Shown: positions 8,993 through 19,443, numbered from the whole stretch's first letter. The stretch: DNA of 50,306 bases, filler included, from an uncultured Candidatus Peribacteria bacterium (GCA_964514565.1; 2 parts of 2 records of this genome joined end to end with filler, not necessarily neighbours in it), one strand, 5' to 3'. Numbers and translations are program-made. The notes: generated by a model from the letters alone, not told the origin.

Positions 8993-9481
8993 TCACCAGA
9001 TTTTGATATTTGTCGGATCTGTATCTTTAAAGAAAACTTCGACAGTGTCACCCACATGATAGTCAGGTGTGCGATATTGGTATTGCTGATTTTTTATATC
9101 AGCTAGATATCGATAAAACTCTCTGACCCAGATTTGCGTATGACTGATCTGAGCAATATTTTCTGTTGTCATGAATTCAATTTCAATATCCATTTTTACA
9201 AATTCATTGGTACCAGGCTTTAGTAAAAAATGAGTGCGTCCTGCATGTCTTTTTATACGTTCAATAGCAGTAATATTGCCATGTGAAAAGCTATAACCAC
9301 GCCAGGACCAAAACTGTTTACTGCCAGCTACATACCAGAGCGCTGTCATTACTAGCATTAGCAGTATACCAATCAAAGTAATCAATAGTTTGCTTGTCTG
9401 GGTTTTCTGAGAGAGGAAGATCAAGGCACTCAATCCTACCAGTGAAATGCTCAATATTTCTTTTTGCCAAACTTTATGCAT
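8993..9481 (-). CDS. Membrane protein (2 TM + DUF3592-like C-terminus)
   Basis: Two hydrophobic segments; YHVGDTVEVFF end. Confidence 0.6.
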   Translation of the reverse strand: MHKVWQKEILSISLVGLSALIFLSQKTQTSKLLITLIGILLMLVMTALWYVAGSKQFWSWRGYSFSHGNITAIERIKRHAGRTHFLLKPGTNEFVKMDIEIEFMTTENIAQISHTQIWVREFYRYLADIKNQQYQYRTPDYHVGDTVEVFFKDTDPTNIKIW

Positions 9482-9493
9482 ACCTAATTGGGA

Positions 9494-10042
9494 TTAAAGT
9501 GTGGGCAATACTAATCCTAGTAACACTCCTACACTACGCCATTCTTGCATCTTTCCCGCACTGATTGCACTTACTATTTCCTCTGGAGTCATCCAAGTGA
9601 CTGCAATATCTTCACCGTGCTCTAGTTGTTGCCCCTCCGTGTGTTGGCTGTAGCTTTTCACTACAAAATAATAGAGGTCCCATTCAACAGTTGATCCTGC
9701 ATTGGCTTTGACCAAGAAAGTGGGATCTTTGATTTCTAATCCCGTCTCTTCTCGTGCTTCTTTGATGGCTGCTTCTTTTGCCGCTTCAATAATACCATCT
9801 TTGTTTTGTCTCAATATGCGATATGCTTCTAAGGTGTCACATACTTTGCCACCAGGAAGGCGCAAATCTACACTGTCGCTTTCGAAACGTTTTTCTTGGG
9901 TAATTAAGATCTTTCCCTCATTGGAAATAACAACTAAGCGGATGCCTGGAGAACGGCGATATTGTTCAAATACACGGCCATCTTGCTGACTGATGTGTAC
10001 TACTTCGCCAATTTTGCCTGAGAATACGATGTTTTCTTCCAT
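9494..10042 (-). CDS. NUDIX hydrolase
   Basis: LPGGK...AAIKEAREETGL, with an insertion inside the Nudix box. Confidence 0.88.
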   Translation of the reverse strand: MEENIVFSGKIGEVVHISQQDGRVFEQYRRSPGIRLVVISNEGKILITQEKRFESDSVDLRLPGGKVCDTLEAYRILRQNKDGIIEAAKEAAIKEAREETGLEIKDPTFLVKANAGSTVEWDLYYFVVKSYSQHTEGQQLEHGEDIAVTWMTPEEIVSAISAGKMQEWRSVGVLLGLVLPTL

Positions 10043-10126
10043 AAATTCTTGAGATAAATACTACTTGCAATGTAGCTAGAAAAGCTCACAATCAAGTCAA
10101 TTGAGTCAGCTTAACTATACTGAATT

Positions 10127-10675
10127 ATGCATGCATTGGTAGTGGGGGGCACAGGGATGTTGATGCCGGTAGTAGAGCAACTGATTGATGATGGATATCG
10201 TGTGTCTGTGATTGCTTCACGGCCAAGTTCGCTCCAAGCCCTGGGCACTTATTTGCAATCCAAGGCGAGTGAGTTGAACGCACTTGCTGTGGATTATCAT
10301 GATGACGAGAAATTGCAGGAGGTTTTGTTGGAGGCGATTAGGCGCCATGGTCCGATTACGCTCACTGTAGCTTGGATTCATAGTTCCGCCGCCGATGCGC
10401 CCTTGGCTATCGCTGAGTTGGTCACTGGTGATTTTTTCCATGTGCGATCAGCCGGGGCTAGTCAGCTAGACTTTCAAGATCCTTTCGATGTGATCAGTAT
10501 TAAGGCATTGGCAGATATTGATTATCATCAAATTACTTTGGGTTTTGTACTAGAAAATACCGCCGCCCGTTGGTTAACTAATCAGGAAATTGCCCAAGGT
10601 GTGATTGCTGCTATTAAAGAAGCGAAAGCTTATTGGACAATCGGCACTACTAAACCTTGGCAAAGTCGCCCGTAG
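10127..10675 (+). CDS. Short-chain dehydrogenase-like Rossmann protein
   Basis: HALVVGGTGML; VAWIHS; RWLTNQEI. Confidence 0.75.
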   Translation: MHALVVGGTGMLMPVVEQLIDDGYRVSVIASRPSSLQALGTYLQSKASELNALAVDYHDDEKLQEVLLEAIRRHGPITLTVAWIHSSAADAPLAIAELVTGDFFHVRSAGASQLDFQDPFDVISIKALADIDYHQITLGFVLENTAARWLTNQEIAQGVIAAIKEAKAYWTIGTTKPWQSRP

Positions 10676-10743
10676 CTATTTCTTTACTTTCAGTCCTCTT
10701 TTGATGATCATACCTACAAAAAATATTTTTTGATTTCCTCTTC

Positions 10744-12306
10744 ATGTCAGCTAGTAAGCCTCAACTAACTAATAGTTTTAAACAAAAGGTGCTCGGTTTT
10801 CTAAAGACTGATGGATTAGTGGTAGCGTTCTTGTTGCTCACAGCAGCTTTATTGCGCTTTCTCGATATTACAAGTATTCCTTGTGGTTTGTTTCCTGATC
10901 AGGCTAGTCATGGTCTGGATGCGGTGTTGTTGGCCCATGGTTTAGTACTACCAGTGTACGGTGGCGATGAAGGAATGTTTGTTTATTTTGTAGCGATTGT
11001 GCAATTCTTCTTTGGCACCGGTATCTGGCAGGTGATTGCTACCTCGGCAGCTCTGGGCACAGCAACAATACTCACTACTTATTTGGCGGTGAAGGAAATA
11101 CTGGGACGCCAGATTGCTTTTCTGACTGCGTTTTTGTTGGCAGTATCTAGCTGGCATATCGCCCTTTCACGTGATGGCTTTCGGGCTATTTTGGTACCAT
11201 TGCTAGTCACGTTGTTTTTATATGCTTTAGGCCGAGCTTGGCATGCAGCTACGGATAAGCAGCACTATATTCGTTATGCCATTGCTGCAGCATTATTTGC
11301 TTTAGGTTTTTATACCTACTATGCCTATGTGCTCTTCGCTTTGGCTATGGGAGTAATGGCTGTGGTGTTTGCTCTCACAAATCGAAAAAAGCTAGCGCAA
11401 TTTTTAAGAGACAACAAGCAACCTTTGTTGCTGGCTTTGTTGGTTTTCTTAGTAGTATTAGCTCCGATTGCTATCTATATTTTGTTGTATCCTACCGAAT
11501 ATTTTTCTCGAGTAGGTCAGGTTTCTATTTTTGCTCAAGCTCACACTTTGGGAGATCGGGCTGCTGTAGTTTATCAGAATGCTAAAGCAACCATTGGCGG
11601 CATCTTTACTACTGGCGATCTGAACTGGAGACATAATGCTAGTGGCCATCCATTTTTGGCTCTTACATTGTTGCCATTCTTTGTCGTCGCCGTTGGGTAT
11701 GTTTTGTACAAACGCGGTATCTATTTAGCAATTTTGTTTCTGATAGCAGTGATGTGTTTGCCAGCTATTATGACCAATGATGGTTTACCGCCACATGGTT
11801 TGCGGTTGATTGGGATCATTCCTTTCTTGTTTTTATTGGCAGCAATCCCACTTTCTTGGTTGCTCAGTCTTGGTTCAAAAGTAGGCAAATTGGCTGGAAC
11901 AGCAATCGTCAGCTTAGTGTTGATTTTTGTTGCTTGGCAGGGCTATCAAAATTATTTTGGTGAAGCGCCTTACCAAGCTCACTACTATTATGATTATCGT
12001 TGTGATCTCACCGCATTGACTGGTTACCTCAAAACAAACGTGCCAATTAAAGTAATCACTGACGATTTTTCATTGGACACGATCAAGTATCTGATGTTAC
12101 CCGAGACTGTAGTACACCAAACCCCAGAACAACTACCCTCTGAATTGACCCCAGACTTCGTAAGCAAAAACCAGCAGCTCCTCTTAGCTTCAGCCTTCGG
12201 GAAATTCGATCAAGCGTTGCTAGACAAACTGACTCAATACTATTCAGTCCAAGCTTTCAATAATAAGTTTGATCGAACAGATTTCTACCTATTGTCAAAA
12301 AAGTAG
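10744..12306 (+). CDS. GT-C glycosyltransferase (GT39/PMT/ArnT-like)
   Basis: Multi-TM; GLFPDQA acidic loop, SWHIALSR, LGFYTY. Confidence 0.85.
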   Translation: MSASKPQLTNSFKQKVLGFLKTDGLVVAFLLLTAALLRFLDITSIPCGLFPDQASHGLDAVLLAHGLVLPVYGGDEGMFVYFVAIVQFFFGTGIWQVIATSAALGTATILTTYLAVKEILGRQIAFLTAFLLAVSSWHIALSRDGFRAILVPLLVTLFLYALGRAWHAATDKQHYIRYAIAAALFALGFYTYYAYVLFALAMGVMAVVFALTNRKKLAQFLRDNKQPLLLALLVFLVVLAPIAIYILLYPTEYFSRVGQVSIFAQAHTLGDRAAVVYQNAKATIGGIFTTGDLNWRHNASGHPFLALTLLPFFVVAVGYVLYKRGIYLAILFLIAVMCLPAIMTNDGLPPHGLRLIGIIPFLFLLAAIPLSWLLSLGSKVGKLAGTAIVSLVLIFVAWQGYQNYFGEAPYQAHYYYDYRCDLTALTGYLKTNVPIKVITDDFSLDTIKYLMLPETVVHQTPEQLPSELTPDFVSKNQQLLLASAFGKFDQALLDKLTQYYSVQAFNNKFDRTDFYLLSKK

Positions 12307-12394
12307 TTGCCAAATTTAGCCGAGAGTCAGCTATTAGCTCCCTTACTTAGTTTGATTTAACCAACAGCCCAATCTTGCTGCGAAGCAACCCGCA

Positions 12395-12874
12395 CCATTA
12401 CCTCGACCAACGTGGAGAGGTCCTCTTCCTAACTTTACCAATTTCATAATTGAAAGCCTAAAGTAATCCACTAGATACTAAGCTTTCTTTATGTACTACA
12501 CCTATTGTATTACCAATCGTTCACGTACTATTTATGTAGGAGTAACGAACAATATTTATAGACGAACACATGAGCATCAGACTCATTATTACCCTGAGTC
12601 TTTTACAGCTAGGTATCACTGTTACTACTTAGTTTATTATGAATGCTTTGAGTATGCAGTTGATGCTAGCGCTCGTGAGATACAGCTTGAGCACTGGAGC
12701 AGGGGAAAGAAAATATGGTTAATTGAAAAGACCAATCTATTTTGGTTAGATTTGTCGGTGGGGTGGTGAATGGGTAGCTAGACAGAATATTGGGATCGTT
12801 GGTGATGCTTGGCTGATGATTTTGAGGTGGGTAGAATTTATCGGGAGGCCCCTCCACTACGGTCGGGGCGATGG
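12395..12874. mobile_element. Putative cassette: GIY-YIG gene between 28-bp imperfect inverted repeats
   Basis: 12395-12422 vs reverse complement of 12847-12874: 20/28 identical. Confidence 0.55.
12491..12769 (+). CDS. Small GIY-YIG nuclease (UPF0213-like)
   Basis: YYTY..IYVGVTNNIYRRTHEH..FTARY..LVYYE..ARE..W.R.KK..LIE. Confidence 0.9.
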   Translation: MYYTYCITNRSRTIYVGVTNNIYRRTHEHQTHYYPESFTARYHCYYLVYYECFEYAVDASAREIQLEHWSRGKKIWLIEKTNLFWLDLSVGW

Positions 12875-12910
12875 CTGATTGTGGGACTTAGACAATCTTT
12901 ATTTATTTTA

Positions 12911-13444
12911 CTACAGAAAGAGCTCGGGGGTGCGGAAAGGGATCAGGGCTGTGATTACTGCTTCTACGTAGTAGCTGGTTCTGGTGATTACGTCTCCTGT
13001 GAGGAGGCCGATTGCTCCGTTCACTTTGGCCGAATTGGTTTTGCCGAATACTTGTTCGTCTGCTGCTCCAAACTCCATGCCTTGCTTGATCAAATCGCTC
13101 ACTGCTTTTGGTAAAAAGAACATACAGGTCTTTCCTTTACCTAATTTACCATTCCTCGCTTTGATCACTACCCAGCCATAGGCATTCATGTCACCGTCAA
13201 AGATGTCTATGCCACTTTCTTGGCCTACCCAGTAATCAGCATCAGGTACTAACAAGGAGGCATTGTTGGCTCGGTTGGTGGCACCTTGGAAAGCTTCTTT
13301 TTCGTTTTGAGGTTGATCGCTTACGCCGGACTGAGTGGCAACGCCCTCGAAGCTAAAGGTTTCTTGGGGAAACATCTTTTCAAAGCCTTGCTTTGCCGCA
13401 TTGATCTTGACTGGATTTTGGGAAGCAATGATTACTTTGATCAT
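12911..13444 (-). CDS. yjjX: Inosine/xanthosine triphosphatase
   Basis: ASQNPVKINA, SGVSDQP, GATNRA, GAIGLLT. Confidence 0.92.
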   Translation of the reverse strand: MIKVIIASQNPVKINAAKQGFEKMFPQETFSFEGVATQSGVSDQPQNEKEAFQGATNRANNASLLVPDADYWVGQESGIDIFDGDMNAYGWVVIKARNGKLGKGKTCMFFLPKAVSDLIKQGMEFGAADEQVFGKTNSAKVNGAIGLLTGDVITRTSYYVEAVITALIPFRTPELFL

Positions 13445-13453
13445 AAAGCCGAA

Positions 13454-14014
13454 TTAATTGGATGGGAGTGATTGCATAGCGTCTTGCACTTTCATGATAG
13501 TACTCCATGTGCGAGTAGTAATACTCTTGCCCAGTGTTTTTTCTACTACACTCATGATATCGGTAGAGTTTTTGCTATCAGAAATTTCAAATACTTCACG
13601 TATTTCGGTAGGCGACAATACACTCATGTCTACGTTGGTCTGTTGCCAGGTAGTAGGCGGCACGAAGTTGGCTGGAATTGGGTGTTGTAAAAAACTGATG
13701 TATGTTCTGGTGCTGAATACAATTGGTACCTCCGCAAACGGGTCTTTTTCGACCAAATCATTTATTTCTTGTTCACTGCGAATAATGACAGAGATCTTGC
13801 GTCCCAGAGCTGTTTTGATTGCTTGTTCGATGCCATCTCCAATTTGTTTATTGGTTTGTTCTTGGGCTTGAAAAACTACATTGCCACTAGCAAGAATAGT
13901 CTTGATATTTTTGAGTCCATGTTTGGTTAAAAGCTTTTTGAGATCATCCATTTTGAGCAGGCTTTTACCTCCTACATTGATTCCGCGTAAAAAGGCGACG
14001 TATGTTTGAGTCAT
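13454..14014 (-). CDS. DUF1697 protein
   Basis: YVAFLRGINVGG, ASGNVVF, TTRTWST; start ATG 14014. Confidence 0.9.
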   Translation of the reverse strand: MTQTYVAFLRGINVGGKSLLKMDDLKKLLTKHGLKNIKTILASGNVVFQAQEQTNKQIGDGIEQAIKTALGRKISVIIRSEQEINDLVEKDPFAEVPIVFSTRTYISFLQHPIPANFVPPTTWQQTNVDMSVLSPTEIREVFEISDSKNSTDIMSVVEKTLGKSITTRTWSTIMKVQDAMQSLPSN

Positions 14015-14143
14015 AAACAAAAGTGAGATATGCGACTCAGTATATATAGCTGATTGGGAGGAGGATGATAAGAGCGATTTAGACAGGCTGGCTATTTCAC
14101 TATATAAATAAGCCTGTATCGCTATTTTGCCTTCACTACTATT

Positions 14144-17100
14144 ATGCTCCAAGCATCTTCATCATTTGGTCAGCAGCTCGCCGGTATTTTGGCCATGGCT
14201 CAGAATAAGCCTTATACCGACTTTGTTTCCAACCTAATCTTGGGCATTTTTGCTTTGCTGGTTATATTTGGTGCTTTGATTGCGATTTGGATCTCTACTC
14301 GGCCTCAGCACTTTCAAGCTTTGCTTACTAAAGTGCGCAGCTGGTCTTTGGTGCGATTTGTGGAAAAGATCTTCACAAGCAGCCTGCAGTTTTTGTTGGA
14401 TCGATTTAGTATGCATGGAGCTTATGGTATTTCCTTTACGATTGCTTTAGCTATTTTTTGTTCAGGCATCTGGCTCTTTGCGGAACTACTGGAAAACGTA
14501 GTTGCTCAAAGTGAAGCAGTGTTACTTGATCAGCCGCTATTAGTTTTTATCGCTAGTCATCGCCAACCTGCTCTGACAAGCATCATGCATTTTATTACGT
14601 TATTGGGTGAGCCTTGGTTTGTCATCCCTCTAGCAGTGCTCGCTGGTGTGCTGTTTTGGTACAAGACCAAAAGTTGGCAGTCACTTTATATTTTAGCGTC
14701 AGCTGTTACTGGGGCTGGTATCTTTGATTTATTGTTCAAATCTTTAGTTGCTAGAGCGAGACCATTACCTCTCCTACGAGTGTTGGATGTACCTGGTTAT
14801 GCTTTTCCTTCAGGCCATGCTGCTCTGACCGTGTTTTACATTATGATGGGCTATTTGATCGCTCGTCGAGTCAAGGCATGGCAACTGAAAGTAGTGGTAT
14901 GGGTAGCGGCAATCTTGATGGCTGTTTTGATTGGGATATCTCGAGTTTATTTAGGTGTGCACTGGCCCACTGATGTGATCGGTGGCTGGGCCTTGGCTTT
15001 AGTCTGGGCGAGTTTAGTAATCGGTATCGCCAGCTTGGTCGATCGCTTAGCTCAAGAAAAACAGGTGGCAGAAAAAAAAGTAGAGCAATCTTTGACCCAA
15101 GAGTTGTTCACAGTTGCTTTACCCAATTTGGAACGTAGTTATGATACCGGTCCAGCTGGTCTCAGCTCAGCTCAGGTAGCGGAACGAGTTGCTCACAAAC
15201 AAGTGAATACCTTTCAATCCCGTACTAGTCGTACTGTCGGGCAGATTTGTAGCTCTCATATCTTTACTAGATTCAATGCATTGCTAGGTACGTTAGTACT
15301 GATCACTGTCATGGTAGGAGAGTATCGCGATGCCTTGTTTGGCATTATCATAGTGCTCAATACGGCCATTGGGATCATTCAGGAGTTACGATCCAAATGG
15401 ACATTGGATCACTTGGTGTTACTGACTATGACCAATATCGCTGCTGTACGAAATGGCCAAGTAGTTTTAATTCCGGTCGATCAGATTGTGGTGGATGATG
15501 TGCTTAGTCTGAAGCTAGGCAATCAAATCCCGGTTGATGGTGTTGTTTTATCTGAACAAGGTTTAGAAATAGATGAGTCTCAGCTGACTGGTGAATCTGA
15601 ACCAGTTCACAAAGCATCGGGTGACAAAGTATATTCGGGTAGTTTTGTGGTGGCAGGGGATGGTTTGATTCAGGCCATCAAAGTAGGTGAGTCAGCCTAT
15701 GCCAATCAGCTAGCGAAAGTGGCTCAGAAATTTTCTTTGGTACACTCTGAGCTTCGCACTGGCATTGATAAGATTCTTCAGGTGATTACTTGGTTACTAG
15801 TGTTCACTGTTCCATTGCTCTTCATTAGTCAGCTGACGTATGGTCATGGGGGCTGGAGAGAAGCAATTATTGGTGCTATTGCTGGTGTAGTGGGGATGGT
15901 GCCTGAGGGATTGGTGTTACTTACGAGTGTGGTGATGGCTACTGCCGTAGTTCGGTTGGCACGGAAGTCAGCTTTGATTCAAGAGCTCGCAGCGGTAGAA
16001 ATTTTGGCTAGAGTTGATGTGCTTTGTGTGGATAAAACGGGGACACTGACTGATGGCAAAATGGCTTTTGATAGTTTGATTATGGCTGAAGAGTCTCAGT
16101 CTGATTTTGATCTTGCAGCTGGATCATCGGTATTACGGGCTTTTGTCCAAGCTAGTGCTAATCCTAATCCAAGCTTGGCGGCGATTGGTGTTGGTTGTGG
16201 TGAAGCAAAAGACTTACCATGGTCAGTGACTAGTACAGTTGCTTTTTCATCCAGTCGGAAGTGGAGTGCTTTGGCTTTTGCTGAGCATGGACTATGGGTG
16301 CTGGGAGCGCCAGAAATGGTTTTGCTTACGGATAGCATTAGTTTTCCAGAAGCAGTTCAGGCTAAGATCAATCAAGGAAAGCGAGTGTTAGTTTTGGCTA
16401 GTTCTCAGGAGTCGTTGAAGAACAATGCCGTAAATGACGAAATGGTATTGCCAAGTATGACACCAAAACTCTATGTGGTTTTGAGCGAAGAGCTGCGACC
16501 AAATGTGATGGAGACATTGGCATACTTCAAACAGCAAGGTATCACCCTCAAAGTAATTTCTGGTGATAGTGCTCAGACAGTCGCTGCTGTAGCTAAACAA
16601 GTCGGTATTGCCGATCAGATCGAGAGCATCGACACGACTGATTTGCCTACTGATGTGCAGTCAGTGGCTGAAATTGTGGAAAATAACACGGTATTTGGTC
16701 GAGTCACTCCTAGTCAAAAACAACTATTAATTCGTGGTTTACAAGCAAAAGGCCACACAGTAGCTATGGTCGGGGACGGAGTGAATGATGTGTTGGCCCT
16801 CAAGTCTGCCAACTTTGGTGTAGCAATGGGCGCTGGTTCTGATGCGACACGAGCGATTGCTCAGCTGATTCTTTTGAACAATGATTTTGGCGTATTGCCT
16901 GATGTGATTGCTGAGGGGCGCCGGGTGATTAGCAATATGGAACGAACAGCCAATTTATTCATTACAAAGACCACCTATGCTTTTCTCTTAGCATTAGCGG
17001 TCCAAGTAGCGAGAGTACCTTTTCCTTTTCTGCCACGACATCTCACTATTATTAGTTTCTTTACGATTGGTATACCTGCGCTGTTGCTCTCATTTGCCAA

Positions 17101-17500
17101 AAGCAGTGCAAGAGCCAAACCAGGTTTTGTTTCACGTGTACTAGGCTTCTCCGTGCCAATGGGGGCACTATTAGCTGGTTTGACTTTGATTGCCTACGCC
17201 TTGATTCGTCAGTACTTACCGTTTGATATGGCTTTTGCTCGGACAGGGGCGACGATTACCTTGGTGATTTGTGGCTTTAGTGTTTTGTTTTTATTGGAAC
17301 CCAAGACCAATATTTGGCAGCGCTTGATGACCCTACTATTGATTGTTGCTTTTGCCTTAGTACTAATGGTACCTGCTAGTCAGCACTTTTTTGCTTTACG
17401 CACATTGTCATTGGCAGGATGGGGAATAGTGGGAAGTTTGTCTTTGATTGGTATTATTCTGATTCGAATCTTTGGTAAAAGGATGCTGAAGCGTGCTTGA
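14144..17500 (+). CDS. PAP2 phosphatase fused to a cation-transporting P-type ATPase (CtpE-like)
   Basis: PAP2 motifs K-x6-RP, FPSGH, SRVYLGVHWPTD; ATPase motifs TGES, PEGL, DKTGT, GDGVND. Confidence 0.9.
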   Translation: MLQASSSFGQQLAGILAMAQNKPYTDFVSNLILGIFALLVIFGALIAIWISTRPQHFQALLTKVRSWSLVRFVEKIFTSSLQFLLDRFSMHGAYGISFTIALAIFCSGIWLFAELLENVVAQSEAVLLDQPLLVFIASHRQPALTSIMHFITLLGEPWFVIPLAVLAGVLFWYKTKSWQSLYILASAVTGAGIFDLLFKSLVARARPLPLLRVLDVPGYAFPSGHAALTVFYIMMGYLIARRVKAWQLKVVVWVAAILMAVLIGISRVYLGVHWPTDVIGGWALALVWASLVIGIASLVDRLAQEKQVAEKKVEQSLTQELFTVALPNLERSYDTGPAGLSSAQVAERVAHKQVNTFQSRTSRTVGQICSSHIFTRFNALLGTLVLITVMVGEYRDALFGIIIVLNTAIGIIQELRSKWTLDHLVLLTMTNIAAVRNGQVVLIPVDQIVVDDVLSLKLGNQIPVDGVVLSEQGLEIDESQLTGESEPVHKASGDKVYSGSFVVAGDGLIQAIKVGESAYANQLAKVAQKFSLVHSELRTGIDKILQVITWLLVFTVPLLFISQLTYGHGGWREAIIGAIAGVVGMVPEGLVLLTSVVMATAVVRLARKSALIQELAAVEILARVDVLCVDKTGTLTDGKMAFDSLIMAEESQSDFDLAAGSSVLRAFVQASANPNPSLAAIGVGCGEAKDLPWSVTSTVAFSSSRKWSALAFAEHGLWVLGAPEMVLLTDSISFPEAVQAKINQGKRVLVLASSQESLKNNAVNDEMVLPSMTPKLYVVLSEELRPNVMETLAYFKQQGITLKVISGDSAQTVAAVAKQVGIADQIESIDTTDLPTDVQSVAEIVENNTVFGRVTPSQKQLLIRGLQAKGHTVAMVGDGVNDVLALKSANFGVAMGAGSDATRAIAQLILLNNDFGVLPDVIAEGRRVISNMERTANLFITKTTYAFLLALAVQVARVPFPFLPRHLTIISFFTIGIPALLLSFAKSSARAKPGFVSRVLGFSVPMGALLAGLTLIAYALIRQYLPFDMAFARTGATITLVICGFSVLFLLEPKTNIWQRLMTLLLIVAFALVLMVPASQHFFALRTLSLAGWGIVGSLSLIGIILIRIFGKRMLKRA

Positions 17501-17618
17501 TTGTAGTTAATAGGAAAGAGCCATGCCCATGCTGTCAGCAACTACGTGAAACATCTTGTGTGACTGGCAGAAATCTCGGTCGAATTGCAGCTTAAAGAAA
17601 GAGACAGATTTTTCATAA

Positions 17619-18203
17619 CTAATTGTTGGTCTTTCTGAGCCTAGGTAACAATACTAAAACTGCCATTAAAGCATTGATTAGGAAAATGTAAATTGGGTAT
17701 GAGATATCAGCAAATATAAACGAGCCCACTGCTAATAAACTAAAGATACCGGCCATTGAATCTAAGGCAAAATAAGTAGCAATTTCAGTCTCAGGAAAGC
17801 GGTAGGTTTTAATAATTGAAGGAACCATTCCAGTCAGATCTGCCAATATAGAAAAATATAAACCAAGGATTGGATTATTTGTAGTTTGCCAAACAATGAT
17901 TCCTATCAGTGCAATTATTAAACAAATCACATCCATCTTTTCCCAACCACCCATGCCGTATTTGATGCTCAAGGAAAATATTACTATTGACTGCAAGGTA
18001 GAGACTCCTGCCAACCATACCGCTACTGTGTTGTGACTAGCCAATAGAGAGGTTGTTGATAGGGCAGTAATAATCAGAAGTACTAAGCAGGTAGTTCTAT
18101 GTGGTTTAGCCTCACCAATTAAAATTGCCCGAGCATAAAATAACGGTGATACAAGTGTAAGAATGCTGCTGAGGATGATAAATAAGGTTGAGCTAGCAAT
18201 CAT
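17619..18203 (-). CDS. Multi-TM membrane protein
   Basis: About 7 hydrophobic helices. Confidence 0.75.
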   Translation of the reverse strand: MIASSTLFIILSSILTLVSPLFYARAILIGEAKPHRTTCLVLLIITALSTTSLLASHNTVAVWLAGVSTLQSIVIFSLSIKYGMGGWEKMDVICLIIALIGIIVWQTTNNPILGLYFSILADLTGMVPSIIKTYRFPETEIATYFALDSMAGIFSLLAVGSFIFADISYPIYIFLINALMAVLVLLPRLRKTNN

Positions 18204-18219
18204 TTGTCCTTCGGTGAGA

Positions 18220-18678
18220 TTATTGTTTTTCCGCCAATGCTTTCACGATAAGCAATACTTTTTCCCAGATCTTTTTGCTCATATCACGATACTTTTCACC
18301 GTTGCCATCGGGGATGCTGGAGAAGTCTCCTTGTAAAATATGGAGGTTGGTTTTTCCTTCTGCTTCTGACAATTTGAAAGTAATACCGTCTTCGGCAGCG
18401 AACTTTGGTTTTGCCATGTTGGTATCAAATACTGTGTAGCGCAAAAGTGTATGTGGTTCGCAGGCAGTGACATTGCCTTCCACTACTATCTTTCCCTCAT
18501 CAGTTTTCCACAATACTGCACTACCAAGTTGCCAGTCTGATTCCAAATGAAAACGTGGCCCACCATTAGCAAATTCTGCTGCCCATTGGCTAGTACTTGA
18601 TGGACTAGTTAATGCATCCCAGACTTTGTTAGCTGGAGCATGAATTTCGATGATGATATCGACGAAAAGTTTAGCCAT
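18220..18678 (-). CDS. SRPBCC/AHSA1 domain protein
   Basis: IEIHAPANKVWDALT...SDWQLGS; ATG 18678. Confidence 0.85.
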   Translation of the reverse strand: MAKLFVDIIIEIHAPANKVWDALTSPSSTSQWAAEFANGGPRFHLESDWQLGSAVLWKTDEGKIVVEGNVTACEPHTLLRYTVFDTNMAKPKFAAEDGITFKLSEAEGKTNLHILQGDFSSIPDGNGEKYRDMSKKIWEKVLLIVKALAEKQ

Positions 18679-18697
18679 AGAGATGAAGTTAAAAATA

Positions 18698-19321
18698 CTA
18701 CTGCTTTTGAGCAATGATGAAAAGCATGCTGTCACTTAGACTATCTGGATCGGGAAGAGGTAATTCTACATGCTGTTTGATCGCAAATCCGGCTGCGGTG
18801 ATATCACGAACTAGCTGATCCAAAGAAAAGAAATTCACAAATGTTTTTTCGCCTTCCATCAATGGTTCATCGACCATGTGATCTGAGCTACCACTTTGGG
18901 CAAGAATAAAAAGAAAACCATTGGGAGCTAGTACGCGGTGAAAGCCTTGCAATGTCTTGCTGATCTCGGCTGCTGGTACATGAATGAGTGAATAAGCACT
19001 AAATATGCCATCAAAACTTTGATCTGGATAAGTAAGCTCACGTAAATCCATATTTTGGAGAGGTACATGAGGTAAATGTCCGCGAGCTGATGCCAGCATC
19101 CCTTCTGATAAATCGATTCCCTCTACTTGAAAGCCTTGGCTCACCAAGTACTGAGTGAAGTTTCCAGGTCCACACCCAACGTCAAGAATCTTCGCCTCTG
19201 GTTCAAGCAAATCTAAAAAACGATCGACTAATGGTTGGTCAGGTGAAATGTCGAAGTAACGATCAGTATAGATGTCAGCTATTTTGTTGTAAGTGGCTAT
19301 TGTTTGTTCAGTGGGAGTCAT
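18698..19321 (-). CDS. Class I SAM-dependent methyltransferase
   Basis: ILDVGCGPG, GIDLSEGML, FHRVLAPNG. Confidence 0.92.
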   Translation of the reverse strand: MTPTEQTIATYNKIADIYTDRYFDISPDQPLVDRFLDLLEPEAKILDVGCGPGNFTQYLVSQGFQVEGIDLSEGMLASARGHLPHVPLQNMDLRELTYPDQSFDGIFSAYSLIHVPAAEISKTLQGFHRVLAPNGFLFILAQSGSSDHMVDEPLMEGEKTFVNFFSLDQLVRDITAAGFAIKQHVELPLPDPDSLSDSMLFIIAQKQ

Positions 19322-19360
19322 ATTTTGTAGAAAGTAATAGGGAAACTAGTTAAGAATTTA

Positions 19361-19420
19361 TAATGAATAGTGAAGAGTTTAGCGGCTTTGGGTAGTTGTT
19401 TCACTATTCATTTTTCACTA
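19361..19420. repeat. Family B repeat copy
   Basis: taatgaatagtgaagagtttagcggct ... ttcactattcatttttcacta (inverted arms). Confidence 0.75.
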
Positions 19421-19443
19421 TCCTCACCATAGCAGGGAGGGGG

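Noticed and set aside
17501..17618. Weak intergenic hairpin or ncRNA
   Set aside because: Short imperfect stem with no recognisable family or second copy
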